Positions 26,480-39,377 are shown, counted from the stretch's first letter. The stretch is DNA of 64,000 nucleotides from Eledone cirrhosa (GCA_964016885.1 OZ024751.1:32054001-32118000); one strand, 5' to 3'. Numbers and translations: made by a program. Notes: generated by a model from the sequence alone, not told the origin.

Positions 26480-26860
26480 GCTTATTAACGTTTCGAGATT
26501 TTCAGAGTCTCCTCTTCTGAATAGGAATGGTGAGGATAAGTGTATGTTGTTAGTGCGTTTTGAAGTAGGTAATAAGAAATAAGCGGAGTATTGGTAAAAT
26601 CTCCAGTGTCGGATTAAAAAGCTATTTAATGGTTTCATTCTGTGGGGTTTCCATAGTTAATTTCACTTATGGTGTATCAGCTGTACCAGCAATTAGTGCA
26701 GGTTTGGTTGTTGATATGCTGGGAGTGATTTGGGCGCAGTTGTGAAGAACGGAATAGGTTTACTTGTTCTGGTATGGTATGTATCTGGTGGGTCAAATTG
26801 AGTGTAGACTTATGTACAACACTTTCTTGAGTTCGTATGTTAGGTTAATGTTAGGTTAAT
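26480..26860 (-). mobile_element. Probable decayed PLE fragment with HHR relic
   Basis: Minus strand has KSLPAYQQPNLH*LLV (PLE-like AYRxPxNLxxxLV) and tatt-CAGAAGA-ggagact..aatctc-GAAA-cgtt-aata. Confidence 0.35.
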
Positions 26861-27001
26861 TAACAGTCTTGTTTATGTACACACACACACACACACATGT
26901 ATATATAAATATATATACACGTATACACACGCACATACATATATGTATATAAATGTGTATATGTATATTCAGTCGTTTAATATATATTATATATGTATAT
27001 G

Positions 27002-27051
<50 letters not shown>

Positions 27052-27375
27052 TATATATATATACATATATACACACACGTTAATAGTAAAAACACGTCAA
27101 TTAATTTGTAGTGAAAAACGAAACTGAAAATGTAAAAGGAAAAACAGTTTGCTTAATTGAGCACTTAAGTTTTTAATTCGCTTTAATTGGTTCGGAAGTG
27201 TCAATGGATGGCAAAGTATTATGGGACCCTCAAAAATATATATTTCAGGAGTCTTAGTACGATGTTTGTTTAAAAAAAACCTCGTAGAATTTGTATTTCG
27301 GGAAGAATTTAGTGGGCAGCATATTGTAATAATTAAAACCACATCTATACTAGTGTAGTCAAGTCTAATGATATT

Positions 27376-27376
<1 letters not shown>

Positions 27377-27426
<50 letters not shown>

Positions 27427-27440
27427 CACTACTACCACTA

Positions 27441-27519
<79 letters not shown>
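27377..27519. repeat. (CTA)n microsatellite, tail/target of adjacent Tx1-like end
   Basis: Direct reading. Confidence 0.95.
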
Positions 27520-27521
<2 letters not shown>

Positions 27522-28260
27522 TGGCTATAAGGGGTCAAGTCATTAGCAACGATAGAAGGACAGAAAAAACCCTAACAGGGTGGGGTTTACACTGAGAGAA
27601 GGAAAGGCGACATCATGAAATGAAATCAATAGGGAAAACAATAATGGAATTTGTAATAAATATACATAACAATAATAATACCGAATGTCAACAAGGAGCA
27701 GTTCCCCAATAGAGGGTTTGGGAGTGACTACATTTTAGGGTAATTCCAGGGGAAACGCTACATAAAACCTTGGATTACTTTGTCACAGCCAACTAGGACC
27801 AGTTCTCCAATAGTGGGGGGACTGTATTTTAGAGTAATTCTAGGAGAAACCTTACATAAAAGCTTTGATTGTTGTGTCACAGCCAACTAGGACCAGTTCT
27901 CCAATAGTGGGGGGACTGTATTTTAGAGTAATTAAGGGAGAAACCTTACACAAAAGCTTTGATTGTTGTGTCACAGCCAACTAGGAGCAATTCTCCAATA
28001 GTGGGGGACTGTATTTTAGAGTAATTAAGGGGGAAACCTTACACAAAAGCTTTGATTGTTGTGTCACAGCCAACTAGGACCAGTTCTCCAATAGTGGGGG
28101 GACTGTATTTTAGAGTAATTCAGGGGGAAACCTTACATAAAAGCTTTGATTGTTGTGTCAACTAGGACCAGTTCTCCAATAGTGAGTTGGTGGGGGTACT
28201 GTACTTTAGGGTAACCCCATACACAAACTCCTGGGTAACTAAAGTGCCCTCTCCTAGTTT
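27520..28260 (-). mobile_element. Tx1-like LINE 3' UTR containing a 94-bp tandem array
   Basis: End ttggctataaggggtca resembles the Tx1 ends (ttggccacaagggctga). ttccccaatagaggg matches the Tx1 UTR motif. Confidence 0.55.
27782..28185. repeat. 93-94-bp minisatellite x4+
   Basis: gtca(cagcca)actagg recurs at 27782, 27876, 27970, 28063 and 28157. Confidence 0.92.
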
Positions 28261-28494
28261 CCTTCCCCTCGCTTAGAAAAATATAGACAGAGTACTTTTA
28301 TCTACAAAGACAGCCACATCTTCTGGACAGAAGTATTTTCTTGATATTAAAAGTAAGAATTTACCGTCCAGGATCTCTCGGTAGCGATCCTTTATTTACA
28401 TCTTCATCCTCGTATTGCGTCGGCTTTCTTCTTCCAATTCGTACATCTTATTAAGCAACCCAATACTGTTGTTCTGACGAATAATATAATAATT

Positions 28495-28710
28495 ATTTCT
28501 AATATTGGCACAAGGCCAGCAATTTGGAGAAGGAGGTTAAAAGTCGATTACGTTGACACCCAGTACTTAACTTCTACTTGATTTTATTGACTCTGAAAAA
28601 ACAAAAGGCAAAGTTGGCACCGACGGGATTTGAACTCAGAACGTAGAAAGTCCTAACTAAATACCACAAAGCTTTTTCTCCGGCGCTCTACCGATTCTGC
28701 GAATCCTCTG
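28495..28710 (-). mobile_element. SINE family 1
   Basis: ttggcacaaggccagcaattt...aaaggcaaagttggcaccgacgggatttgaactcagaacg...ctctaccgattctgc. Confidence 0.8.
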
Positions 28711-28879
28711 CACTCTAAATTGTATAATAATAGTAATAACATAATAATGTGGTAGTAAAGAACGTTCCACAAGAAATGAATAGATTAGAATAAAATTAAA
28801 TTGAAATATTAAGATGTATGTCTTTTTAAGTGTTTTTAAATTCGCATGGTAGATGGTGTGTATGTATTTGCGTGTGAGA

Positions 28880-28945
<66 letters not shown>

Positions 28946-29051
28946 CTGTAAAATATTTGCACTCAAATATGAGCAGCTAAGTTGGTATTTACGTGCATTT
29001 GGTATTCATCATATCCTATGTTTATAGCCGTTATATTCGTGAATCTACATA

Positions 29052-29122
<71 letters not shown>

Positions 29123-29148
29123 CATGTATATATACATACATACATACA

Positions 29149-29221
<73 letters not shown>

Positions 29222-29869
29222 ATGTATATATATAATAAATGAAAAATTAGAAATAGAAGCCAGGAAGATCCGCCATCAGTGGTCTACTAGCCATCATAGG
29301 TATTTCTTCGCATTACAGACCATATACCTCAAGCTAGGGTGATACAATAACTAAATTAAGTTATTGGGATAAAAAGAGTTGGGTGGAGAAAGAGAGACAG
29401 GTAAATAAACACGAATGGTGAGGCAACGTAAAGAGAGGAAAAAATGAGAAAATCAAGTCAATAATTCATTTTGAACATAAGAACTTGCGAATATTGACGA
29501 GAAGGCAAAGACACATCTAAAACAGAGAAAGTATGTCTGTCTGTCCGACTCCCTAAAACTCGAGAATCACCCAACCGATTGTTTTCAAACTTTACGCATG
29601 TAATACTTATGGTCCCGTAAGTGTTTTGAGCAAAAGAATTTCAAATTTTCATTGCCCCAGGGTCCACATTAAGCGATTTAGCGATCTCTCTATAATTCTT
29701 AGTCTTTCCTTTTAGATAGATACATAGATATAACGTTGCGCCCTTATAATATCTGTCTGTATGTCTGGCTGTCTACATTACGACATTATGACGCTGTGTG
29801 TGTATGTGTGTATATATGTATATATATATATAGTGTGTAACGTTTTTCGAAATATTTACTTCTGCGTTC

Positions 29870-29946
29870 ACAGATGGAATTTTTTTTAGTTCAGAAGTTC
29901 CCGTTAAGGGTGAAAACAGCGATTCTTTGCTTAAACTTTAATCTGT
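29870..29946 (+). ncRNA. HHR-fold repeat, CAGAAG core family (copy 1, more decayed)
   Basis: Homologous to 39920-39994 and 48283-48358. Confidence 0.5.
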
Positions 29947-29987
29947 TATTTTAATATATATATATATATATATATACATATATATAT

Positions 29988-30316
29988 AATATACAATATA
30001 TTAACAAATGGAAACTATATTTATAAAACCATATTTATTTCATTATACATATTTCAAGGGCCACCAAAGCAAACTATGGTGCGCTTTCATCAGTTAAAAT
30101 ATAATATAGGTTAGTTTTATAAATAAATATTGACATACCCTTAAAAAATGCAACCATTCTGGTTGGAATCTCCTGGATAGTGAAATAAATATGGTTTTAT
30201 AAATATCGTTTCCATTTGTTAATATATTGTATATTTACTCCAATAATTTGTTGAGTGCTTTATATCAGTTATAAAAATATTTTGCTTGTTGTATCCCAAC
30301 AAATTAAATATAACCT

Positions 30317-30320
<4 letters not shown>
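29988..30320 (+). mobile_element. PLE family B: inverted pLTR with HHR + direct pLTR end + tail
   Basis: IR at 29988-30046/30177-30235. Minus-strand HHR at 30036-30101 (CTGATGA..GAAA-tatgta-TA-atgaaata). Tail hairpin at 30237-30259. Confidence 0.78.
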
Positions 30321-30349
<29 letters not shown>

Positions 30350-30355
<6 letters not shown>

Positions 30356-30889
30356 CTGATTTCTTATAACATATTCCACGAGTCACGGTTATCTTTACAC
30401 ATCTTTCATTATATTCTACAATGTATTAATTTGGTTTTCTCATCATATATTAAGCCTTTGATCTTTTTTTCTATAGCCTTAGATTTTCGCTCAAACCTTC
30501 GTAGATGTTGTAAACAAATGATGACGTCATATGTTTTTCTACGTTTATAAATCATTCTAGCAATTTCCTTTATTTACTTGTTGATATAAAATAAAAATTA
30601 AATAGTATACCTCACATATATAGATTTTTACTAGAAATATTAATTTTGACATAGATAGACTATTTTTATTTTCATTTTATTTTATTTTATTTTATTTTAT
30701 TAATACATCTTTACACTTCTTAATCCAATTTTTAGTATTTAAACCCAATATAAAATAATATACCGAGTTTCTATATTTATTTGAATATAATATTTGAATA
30801 CCGTCTATAATATTCGCACATATACCTCATCAATTTACTTTTTAACCGTTATTTTCAGCTGTTTTCATTTTGACAGCGTCCCTGATCAA

Positions 30890-30962
<73 letters not shown>

Positions 30963-31332
30963 TTTTTTTCTCCTTTTTTTACTTTCTTCTCTTTCTTTTT
31001 CCTTTTTCTCCTCTTCTTTCCTTTTCTTCTATTTTCCTATCTATTTCTTACTATAATATTAACACTTATATTTCTGTCATATGTAGACTTAGCACTTTCC
31101 TGTAAACAAATGCTATTATGCCTCATATTATGTTACCTTATTCTATCTGATGAGAACACAATTTTTCCCAGGATGATTTTGTATTCGAAATGCGCATAAT
31201 AAAATATATGGAACTCTTTTAACCATCTTTTAATTTCTTCTTTATTATATATACTCCAGTTCTACCAACTGTTGAGTGCTACTTATCTGACATATGCATA
31301 GTTTTATTGTTCGACAATATCACTCACCTTCT
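30350..31332 (+). mobile_element. PLE 3' UTR/pLTR/tail, relative of 13248-15054
   Basis: 31139-31332 aligns by eye with 14853-15050 (gaaatgcgcataataaaata..gaactcttttaaccatctttt..gagtgctacttatc..ctcacct). Confidence 0.75.
31139..31206 (+). ncRNA. Minimal type-I hammerhead ribozyme, core intact
   Basis: tattctat-CTGATGA-gaacacaa...ttgtattc-GAAA-TGCGCA-TA-ataaaata. Confidence 0.82.
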
Positions 31333-31729
31333 ACACACACACACACACACACACACATATTGTTATGCTTTGGGAGGGTCGAATATACCTGCATCAATTT
31401 AATTTCATTTCAGAATTAATATTAGTTATATAACGATGAATGTTGATATACATTTATTGTCCGAAGGTATATATATAGGTAGGTAGCTAAAGATTGTTGT
31501 TTGACCACTGACTATCTTGTCAATACTGTTGTGAAAGAGAGAGGTAAGGAGGAAGTTACCAAATTACTAGTTCTCCAACAAATCTAACACAACTCTGTGA
31601 AAGATTTGTATGGTTGTCAGTGACACTTGCGATGTGTGTGTGGCTATATATTTTAATCGCTCAAACTCCCCTTTTCAAACAACTACCACTATTACCACCA
31701 CCCCCACATTTATAAACATAATAACCATC

Positions 31730-31863
31730 CTTCTTCTTCTTCTTCTTCTTCTTCTTCTTCTTCTTCTTCTTCTTCTTCTTCTTCTTCTTCTTCTTCTTCT
31801 TCTTCTTCTTCTTCTTCTTCTTCTTCTTCTTCTTCTTCTTCTTCTTCTTCTTCTTCTTCTTCT
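31730..31863. repeat. Pure (CTT)n tract (~44 units), followed by (TAG)n at 31940-32153
   Basis: Direct reading. Confidence 0.95.
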
Positions 31864-32003
31864 CCACTTCATCTTCATCATCATCACAACCATCATTTCG
31901 TCATCGTCATCAGCAAATTACAAATATAATTTCCTCTTTTAGTAGTAGTAGCAGCAGTAGTAGAGGATGTAGTAATAGTAGTGGTTGTAGCAGTAGTAGC
32001 GAC

Positions 32004-32059
<56 letters not shown>

Positions 32060-32063
32060 AGTT

Positions 32064-32094
<31 letters not shown>

Positions 32095-32921
32095 TTAGTA
32101 GTAGTAGTAGTAGTAGTAGAATTAGTAGTAGTAGTAGTAGTAGTTTAGTAGTAGTGATTGTCGTTGGTGTCATATTGATGTCAGGGTGTTGGTGGCGTTG
32201 TGATGATTGTCGATGTGTCGGTGTTGTGGTGATGGTTGTCGTGGTGATGGTTGTCGTGGTGGTGGTTGTCGTGGTGGTGGTTGTCGTGGTGATGGTTGTC
32301 GTGGTGGTGGTTGCTATGGTGTCGGTGTCGTGGTGTTGGTGTCGTCGAGTTAGTGTCGTGGTGATGGTGACGTTAGAAAGAGTAGTAGTAGTAGTATGAG
32401 GAGGAGGAAGAGGTCTGCCGGATATGTCACCGATGGTTAGGAGACATATAATTCGCTGCTTGAATGGATAAACGGAAACATACATCAAGAGTAATATACT
32501 TTATTCACAGTTATTGAGTATATTTCAGGATTAAGACTTGAATCAACTATAGTATATCTTGTTGTTGTCGTTGTTGTCGTCGTCGTCGTTGTTGTTGTTG
32601 TTGTTGCTGGTGCTGTTGTTGTTGTCGTTATTTAGCCTCAGGTCAGTCTTGATACATCACATCTATGGTCAAATATATTTCAGATATGAACATTCTCTCC
32701 TTCGGTCATTGACCAGTTTGCTTTAGATGACATTCTTTCCTTTTTCAGAACAGTGTGCTGAAATTTGAGGTGGATTAGGTTGCTATTTCTAGTATGTCGC
32801 ACGAACCCGCGGATCATATCACAATATGCTTTTGTCCAAAGTATATCGTGATATGAGATGAAACACACACAGACGCGCGCGCACACACACGCACACACGC
32901 AATGCACACACACACACATAC

Positions 32922-33074
<153 letters not shown>

Positions 33075-33199
33075 AACTCACTCTTCTTCCTCCAAGCGTG
33101 AAACTAATACAACTTCATGTTATTGCATCCTCTTGTTTGTTTGTTTTTTGTTTCCTTGATTTATATATGCGTAGTGTCATCTATAATATCATTGATGTA

Positions 33200-33396
33200 A
33201 ATAATTGTTTCTACTTTTTGGTACAAGGCCAGCAATTAGCCAGTGCATTACTGGTACTTTATTTTATCGACCCCGTAAGGATGAAAGGCAAAGTTAACCT
33301 TGGCGGGATTTGAACTCAGAATGGAAAGGGCCGTAACTCTATGCGTCAAAGCATGGCGTCCGACCCTCTACCGATACTGCCAATCCACCGCCCTTA
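33200..33396 (-). mobile_element. SINE family 1, full-length young copy
   Basis: Near-identical to 2185-2370, 57370-57560 and 60527-60658. Confidence 0.88.
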
Positions 33397-33399
33397 CAT

Positions 33400-33850
33400 T
33401 GATGTAAATAATGAAGAGAAGTGGACCCAATGTAGTAGCTATCCACAGACTCCAATGTTAAATAGTTTCTTCAACAGGATGTTGTGTTCAATCCTGTCAA
33501 ATGCCTTGCTGAAATCAATAATTATGACGTCAGTCATTAGAGCCCTCCCCCAAAGCTTTTAAAATGTCACCAGAGGGATGCAGGAGCTGCGTTAGGCAAA
33601 ACCCATGCCGGCTGGAGTTCAGGTAATTGTTGTTTTCAAGAAAGTGAGTTATTCGTAATTGCACTACCATCTCAAATACCTTAATGATATGAGATGTAAG
33701 TGAAACCGGACGGCAATTCACTGCAAGGGAGACCTTTCCCTTTTTAAAACTAGGATGACAGACAGGGTTAGAAAATGTTCAGGTATATAGCCTCCATCCA
33801 GTGAGTTCCTAACTAGAATGGATGTAAGTTGATGTCGATATTCCTTCAGG
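33400..33850 (-). mobile_element. CR1/L2-group LINE RT fragment
   Basis: NCRPVSLTSHIIKVFE..FLENNNYLNSSRHGF/CLTQLL..DVIIIDFSKAFDRIEHNILLKKL. Confidence 0.8.
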
Positions 33851-33889
33851 ACACAATTACTTATATATCTACTTCTATATCATATATAT

Positions 33890-33926
<37 letters not shown>

Positions 33927-33933
<7 letters not shown>

Positions 33934-34631
33934 ATGTTGAAAAGGTAACACGCCAGAGAGAGATATATAGTGCGTTATCAATAATACAGGGAAAAAACCA
34001 CCAGTGTATGGAATCTATAACCTGTGAAAGGCAGACTATAGACACGATAATTAAAAATATAAATTAAAGCGTAAATAAATACCTCTATAACTATATAACA
34101 CACGTACAAATCCAAAGATATGTTTCACCAAAAATTTGTTGAAAGAAATGGGTTAGTCTCGGTTCATCAACGTGTGTAAGGCTATACATTTCAGACAACA
34201 CTAAGAGAATTTTAAAATTGACTGTCCAGCTACACGTGGGAGAGAGAAGTCACAGCGTGACAGTCAATTTTAAAATTGACTGTCTGAAATATATAGCCTT
34301 ACACACGCTGAAGAACCGAGACTAACCCATTTCTTTCAACAAATTTTTGGTGAAACATATCTTTGGATTTGTACGTGTGTTATATAGTTATAGAGGTATT
34401 TATTTACGCTTTAATTTATATTTTTAATTATCGTGTCTATAGTCTGTCTTTCATAGGTTATAGATTCCATACACTGGTGGTTTTTTCCCTGTATTATTGA
34501 TAACGCACTATATATCTCTCTCTGGTGTGTTACCTTTTCAACATATTGTATTTTAAAGAGCTCAGGATCTCTTCTCCTTTGAGCACACTATTTACAGGGA
34601 ATAGCGAGGGCCTATGCCTCCGTTAATTTAT

Positions 34632-34636
<5 letters not shown>
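33927..34636 (+). mobile_element. PLE inverted pLTR pair (271-bp arms) + 3' tail
   Basis: Arms 33927-34197/34281-34551 are near-perfect reverse complements, each with an HHR. Unpaired tail at 34552-34636; (TA)n on both sides. Confidence 0.85.
34301..34380 (+). ncRNA. Full type-I hammerhead ribozyme (stable stem III, GUA site)
   Basis: acacacg-CTGAAGA-accgaga..ttttggt-GAAA-catatc tttg gatttg-TA-cgtgtgt. The mirror copy in the left arm has TTGATGA. Confidence 0.85.
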
Positions 34637-34697
<61 letters not shown>

Positions 34698-34699
<2 letters not shown>

Positions 34700-34799
34700 C
34701 GAAGGAAGTGTGGTAATGAACCAGATGGACCATAATGCACCAGAGTCCAGAAATAGCTGTCGAAACGGCTTGAGCTCTGCCGTCGGGGTTAAACTTTTT

Positions 34800-34803
<4 letters not shown>
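34698..34803 (-). mobile_element. AGTCCAG family insertion
   Basis: Tail fragment joined at agagt|ccag to an inverted segment ending ttccta(TA)n. Confidence 0.75.
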
Positions 34804-34842
<39 letters not shown>

Positions 34843-34844
<2 letters not shown>

Positions 34845-35011
34845 CGAAGGAAGTGTAGTAAGCAACCAGATGGACCATAACGTACCAGAGTACTCAATAC
34901 TTAGGGTAGTAGAGTGGGTAATAAGAAAATGTTCAAGACCCCGACGGTAGAGTCCAGAAATAGCCGTCGAAACGACTTGAGCTCTACCGTCGTGGTCTTG
35001 AAATTTTTCTT
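34843..35011 (-). mobile_element. AGTCCAG family insertion
   Basis: Tail + partial body joined at gtagag|tccag to the inverted segment. Confidence 0.75.
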
Positions 35012-35099
35012 ATATATATTGATATACTTAATACATGTATACATAATACATACATACACATATATAGATATATACATATATGCATACGCATATATACAT

Positions 35100-35150
<51 letters not shown>

Positions 35151-35180
35151 GTTATGTAATAAACAATATAAGATAATTAT

Positions 35181-35238
35181 TTCATTTACCAGTGGTTTCT
35201 TGAAAGCAGACATATCTGTTTTCAGTCGTCAGAATGAA
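35181..35238 (-). ncRNA. Minimal type-I hammerhead ribozyme, core intact
   Basis: ttcatt-CTGACGA-ctgaaaacagat at gtctgctttcaa-GAAA-ccactgg-TA-aatgaa. Confidence 0.78.
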
Positions 35239-35296
35239 TAAAACATGGTGTTTTTATTAAATATGGATTTGAAAACCTTTCCGACGGAATTACTTT

Positions 35297-35438
<142 letters not shown>

Positions 35439-36265
35439 ATATATATATATATATGTATGTATTATGTAAACATGTATTACGTATATATATATATATATAT
35501 ATATGATATATATATACGTATTCCATGTATACATAATACAAACATACATATATATATACATACGCATATATACATGTACATATATACATGCACATATATA
35601 CATTGACATATATACATATATACATGCACATATATACATCTGCATATTTCATGCAATCTTGCTGGCTTATCGAGATTACATTAAAGATTTATAAATACTT
35701 ATTAATGGAGAGAATTTAATAGATTAATCACATGCTTCAACAAAAGACTAAAAACAGACGAAAGAAATATATGAATAATGAGAAAAATTAAAAATGGTAA
35801 ATTAGGGTTTACAGGGGCTGCTTATTAACCAAGTGGGTGCCAATGAGGGCAAAAAAACATGCATAAAATGTCAGATTAGATTTCATGATATGACTTCAAG
35901 ATTAAAACAATATGACCCGACGTTTATTAGCTGGATATATTATATATATTTAGCTTTTCTGATACCAATACCGAACTGCCTCCAATAAACCTATCCACCC
36001 CAAACATACATAACAAATATAACACAAACAATTTTATTGCTTTCAAATAAAAGCCAAATAGAAATGTAAAATACCCTTATTTCAAAAGAAAAACAATCAC
36101 CACACCAACCACACACAACAGACATCATACGCCATTCACTCCATTCAGACACACCTCACACTCTTGAGCCAAATAATACAAATTTACAAGATTAGTTTCA
36201 AGATTTCTCTCACTTCAAACAATTTCTTTTAGTATGAAGGTAATATTAACACACACACACACACA

Positions 36266-36297
<32 letters not shown>

Positions 36298-36370
36298 TAC
36301 ATACATACTAACATACACACATATATATATATCCCACCTCTCTCTCTCTGTATGTATACATATATATGTT

Positions 36371-36416
<46 letters not shown>

Positions 36417-36425
36417 CATATATAT

Positions 36426-36480
<55 letters not shown>

Positions 36481-37120
36481 TATATATATATACATATATT
36501 GATTGTGTGTGTAGAAATGTATACATGGTATACCAAGAATATGATATGGGACAAGCTATGATATGCTATGATATGCTATGATATGTTATGATATCCTATG
36601 ATATGTTATGATATCCAGTAATATAGTCAGTGGGCGGAGAAGACATAGGAGTGATAATAAACCAAGAGAGCCTGTGTGGTCTTTATATTGGTAGATATAG
36701 AGGATTTAATTCACAACCTGCAGGCAAATCCATTCAACAGATCTTGTCTGTGTGTGTATATCTTTCTCTGTATGTGAGTATGTGCGTGCATGCATGCGTG
36801 TGTGTCTTTTTGAGTATGCGAGTATAATACATATTAGGTTACCCGTCAGTATCTATGTGAATACAAAATCAGACCCCCCCCCCCATATATATATATATAT
36901 ATTCGTTGCTTTCTCTTCTTACCTTCGTTTATCTTTCTATTTCTTACATCTCTCATTCTATCTTTTGATGAAGGATTAACACCCGAGACATTAAGATATT
37001 TTCCCTACTATATCAAGCGTTAAACTAATTTATATCATCATTGTACTGTACCGTTTTGGTGTGTTGTTTTCGGTTTACGTTTTGCATACACCCTCCATAT
37101 ATATATATATATATATATAT

Positions 37121-37229
37121 ATGGCCTTTGTAACCTATATTTATTGCTCTGGGATCTTTAGCCCATGGAGCGCTTGCCAGCATGAATCGGAATTTGCGTT
37201 ACGTTTCGCCGAAATGCGATTCTCGCTGA

Positions 37230-37232
<3 letters not shown>
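37121..37232 (+). mobile_element. Tail-only PLE-type insertion between (TA)n tracts
   Basis: Contains GCTC-TGGG-atctttag-CCCA-TG-GAGC-GCT (37146-37174). Confidence 0.5.
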
Positions 37233-37280
<48 letters not shown>

Positions 37281-37283
<3 letters not shown>

Positions 37284-37477
37284 CGAAGGAAATGTGGTAA
37301 GGAACCAGGTGGACCATAACGCACCAAAGTACTCAATACTTAGGGTAGTAGAGTGGGTAATAGGAACGAGTAGGACCCCGACGGCTGAGCTCAAGCCGTT
37401 TCGACGGCTAATTCTGGACTCCAGAATTAGCCGTCGAAACGGCTTGAGTTCAGCCGTCGGGGTCCTACTCGTTCCTA
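37281..37477 (-). mobile_element. AGTCCAG family insertion with near-perfect 59-bp-arm palindrome
   Basis: ataggaacg...aattctgga-c-tccagaatt...cgttcctat (1-nt spacer, 1 mismatch), plus tail at 37281-37359. Confidence 0.82.
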
Positions 37478-37538
37478 TATATATATAATATTATTCAAAA
37501 TATTAATAAATGAGAAATATTATCATAACCAAAGTATA

Positions 37539-37601
37539 TATTTTATTATACATATTTCAAAGGTATAATGGTGTTTCAGTACGTTTTCATCAGATAAAAT
37601 A
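37539..37601 (-). ncRNA. Minimal HHR, PLE family B
   Basis: tattttat-CTGATGA-aaacgta..taccttt-GAAA-tatgta-TA-ataaaata. Confidence 0.75.
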
Positions 37602-37701
37602 TATAAGAGATTGGTTATTCGACATACCGCTAAGGTCTTGAATCTTCAATTCCTGTAGTGGTATATATATATATTTGTGCGTGTGTGCCTCTATAAAAAA
37701 G

Positions 37702-37842
37702 GATCGATCGACTTTCTTCAAATCGGACCGAGGAAACAATGTTTCCGTTGGTCTTTCCAGTTGCTAGTACTATCTATCAGTCGCAACTCCAGGTAGAAGG
37801 AGCAACGTGAAATAAAGTATCTTGCTCAAGGACATAACGCAT
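37702..37842 (-). mobile_element. SINE family 2, truncated
   Basis: Matches 24992-25133. Confidence 0.75.
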
Positions 37843-37944
37843 GTGTGTGTATATATATATATATAAATATATAAATATTCATATATATCATATATTTTCA
37901 GGTATGCTCATACATACGTGCGCATATATCGCATATATATATAT

Positions 37945-38064
<120 letters not shown>

Positions 38065-38340
38065 AGAAAACCTTACAACTCAACCACTTCTTAATAAATA
38101 ATTTCGCCCCCACCTACACTATAAGTGTTTCAGGGGTTTATAGGAGTGTGTGTGAGTCTGTATGTGTGTATGCGTGCATGTGTGTGTTTGTCTATGTGTA
38201 TATGTGATGGTGGTAGTGGTGGGGTTACACCCATATTTGTAAGCTGTAAAAAGTATGAATAAACAGGAGTGGGCTCTTACCTAGATTTGCTGACCTCATA
38301 ATTGGTTTTCACGTTATATAGTTATATACTCCTGGATCTC

Positions 38341-38384
<44 letters not shown>

Positions 38385-38386
38385 TC

Positions 38387-38426
<40 letters not shown>

Positions 38427-38756
38427 GCTCTCTCTCTCTCTCTCGCTCTCTAACTCTATCTATCTATCTATCTCTACCTATCTATCTCTCTTGCGCGCGC
38501 TCTCTCTCTCATATACTATCTTTAGCTCACTCTGAATCTCACTCTGTTCGTCCGACCTGCTCTCTCTTATTGTCGCTGTGTGTATATGTATGTAAATATA
38601 CACAAACACACACACACATAATTTATATTAATATATTTGTTTGTATGTGTGTTTCTGCTTGTGTGTATGTATACATATACATATCTATATATACAAATGC
38701 ATATATATAAATATGTCTAACAATATTATATATATATATGTGTATATGTATATGTG

Positions 38757-38859
<103 letters not shown>

Positions 38860-39046
38860 GCGTGTTTGTGTGTATATGCAAACAGTAGAATAGATATGTA
38901 TAAAGATATATATATATACACACGTAACATTCATACAGACATACAAGCAGATATATTTATATCTTTATATATGGTGAATACATCAATTATTAATTGTGGG
39001 TGTGTAACATTATATATACCAAGATTTATACCATTTAAATGTTTGG

Positions 39047-39115
<69 letters not shown>

Positions 39116-39322
39116 CAGATAAATCTACCACTCAACGGTAGGGTCTAAACCGTATAAAGAACTCACTGTAATCCGTATGTAGATGTTGTGACGCAAAGTT
39201 TAAAATACAAACATTTTTTCATCAACGATATAATTCAATTGGATACAGAGTCAATATATATATATATATATAAAATAAAGTTAAATAAAAAGTCAAATGT
39301 TTAAAATTTAGCTTCGTTTATT

Positions 39323-39377
39323 ACTGCTATATATATTTCAGTGACAGCCATCTTTGGCTGTGATCTCTTCAGGCAGT
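39323..39377 (-). ncRNA. Minimal HHR (same family as 55161-55216)
   Basis: actgc-CTGAAGA-gatcacagcca aaga tggctgtcact-GAAA-TATATA-TA-gcagt, then AATAAA. Confidence 0.78.

Noticed and set aside
29530-29770. Helitron/HINE-like fragment (gtctgtctgtcc..caaccgatt)
   Set aside because: Only a vague motif resemblance; no termini found.
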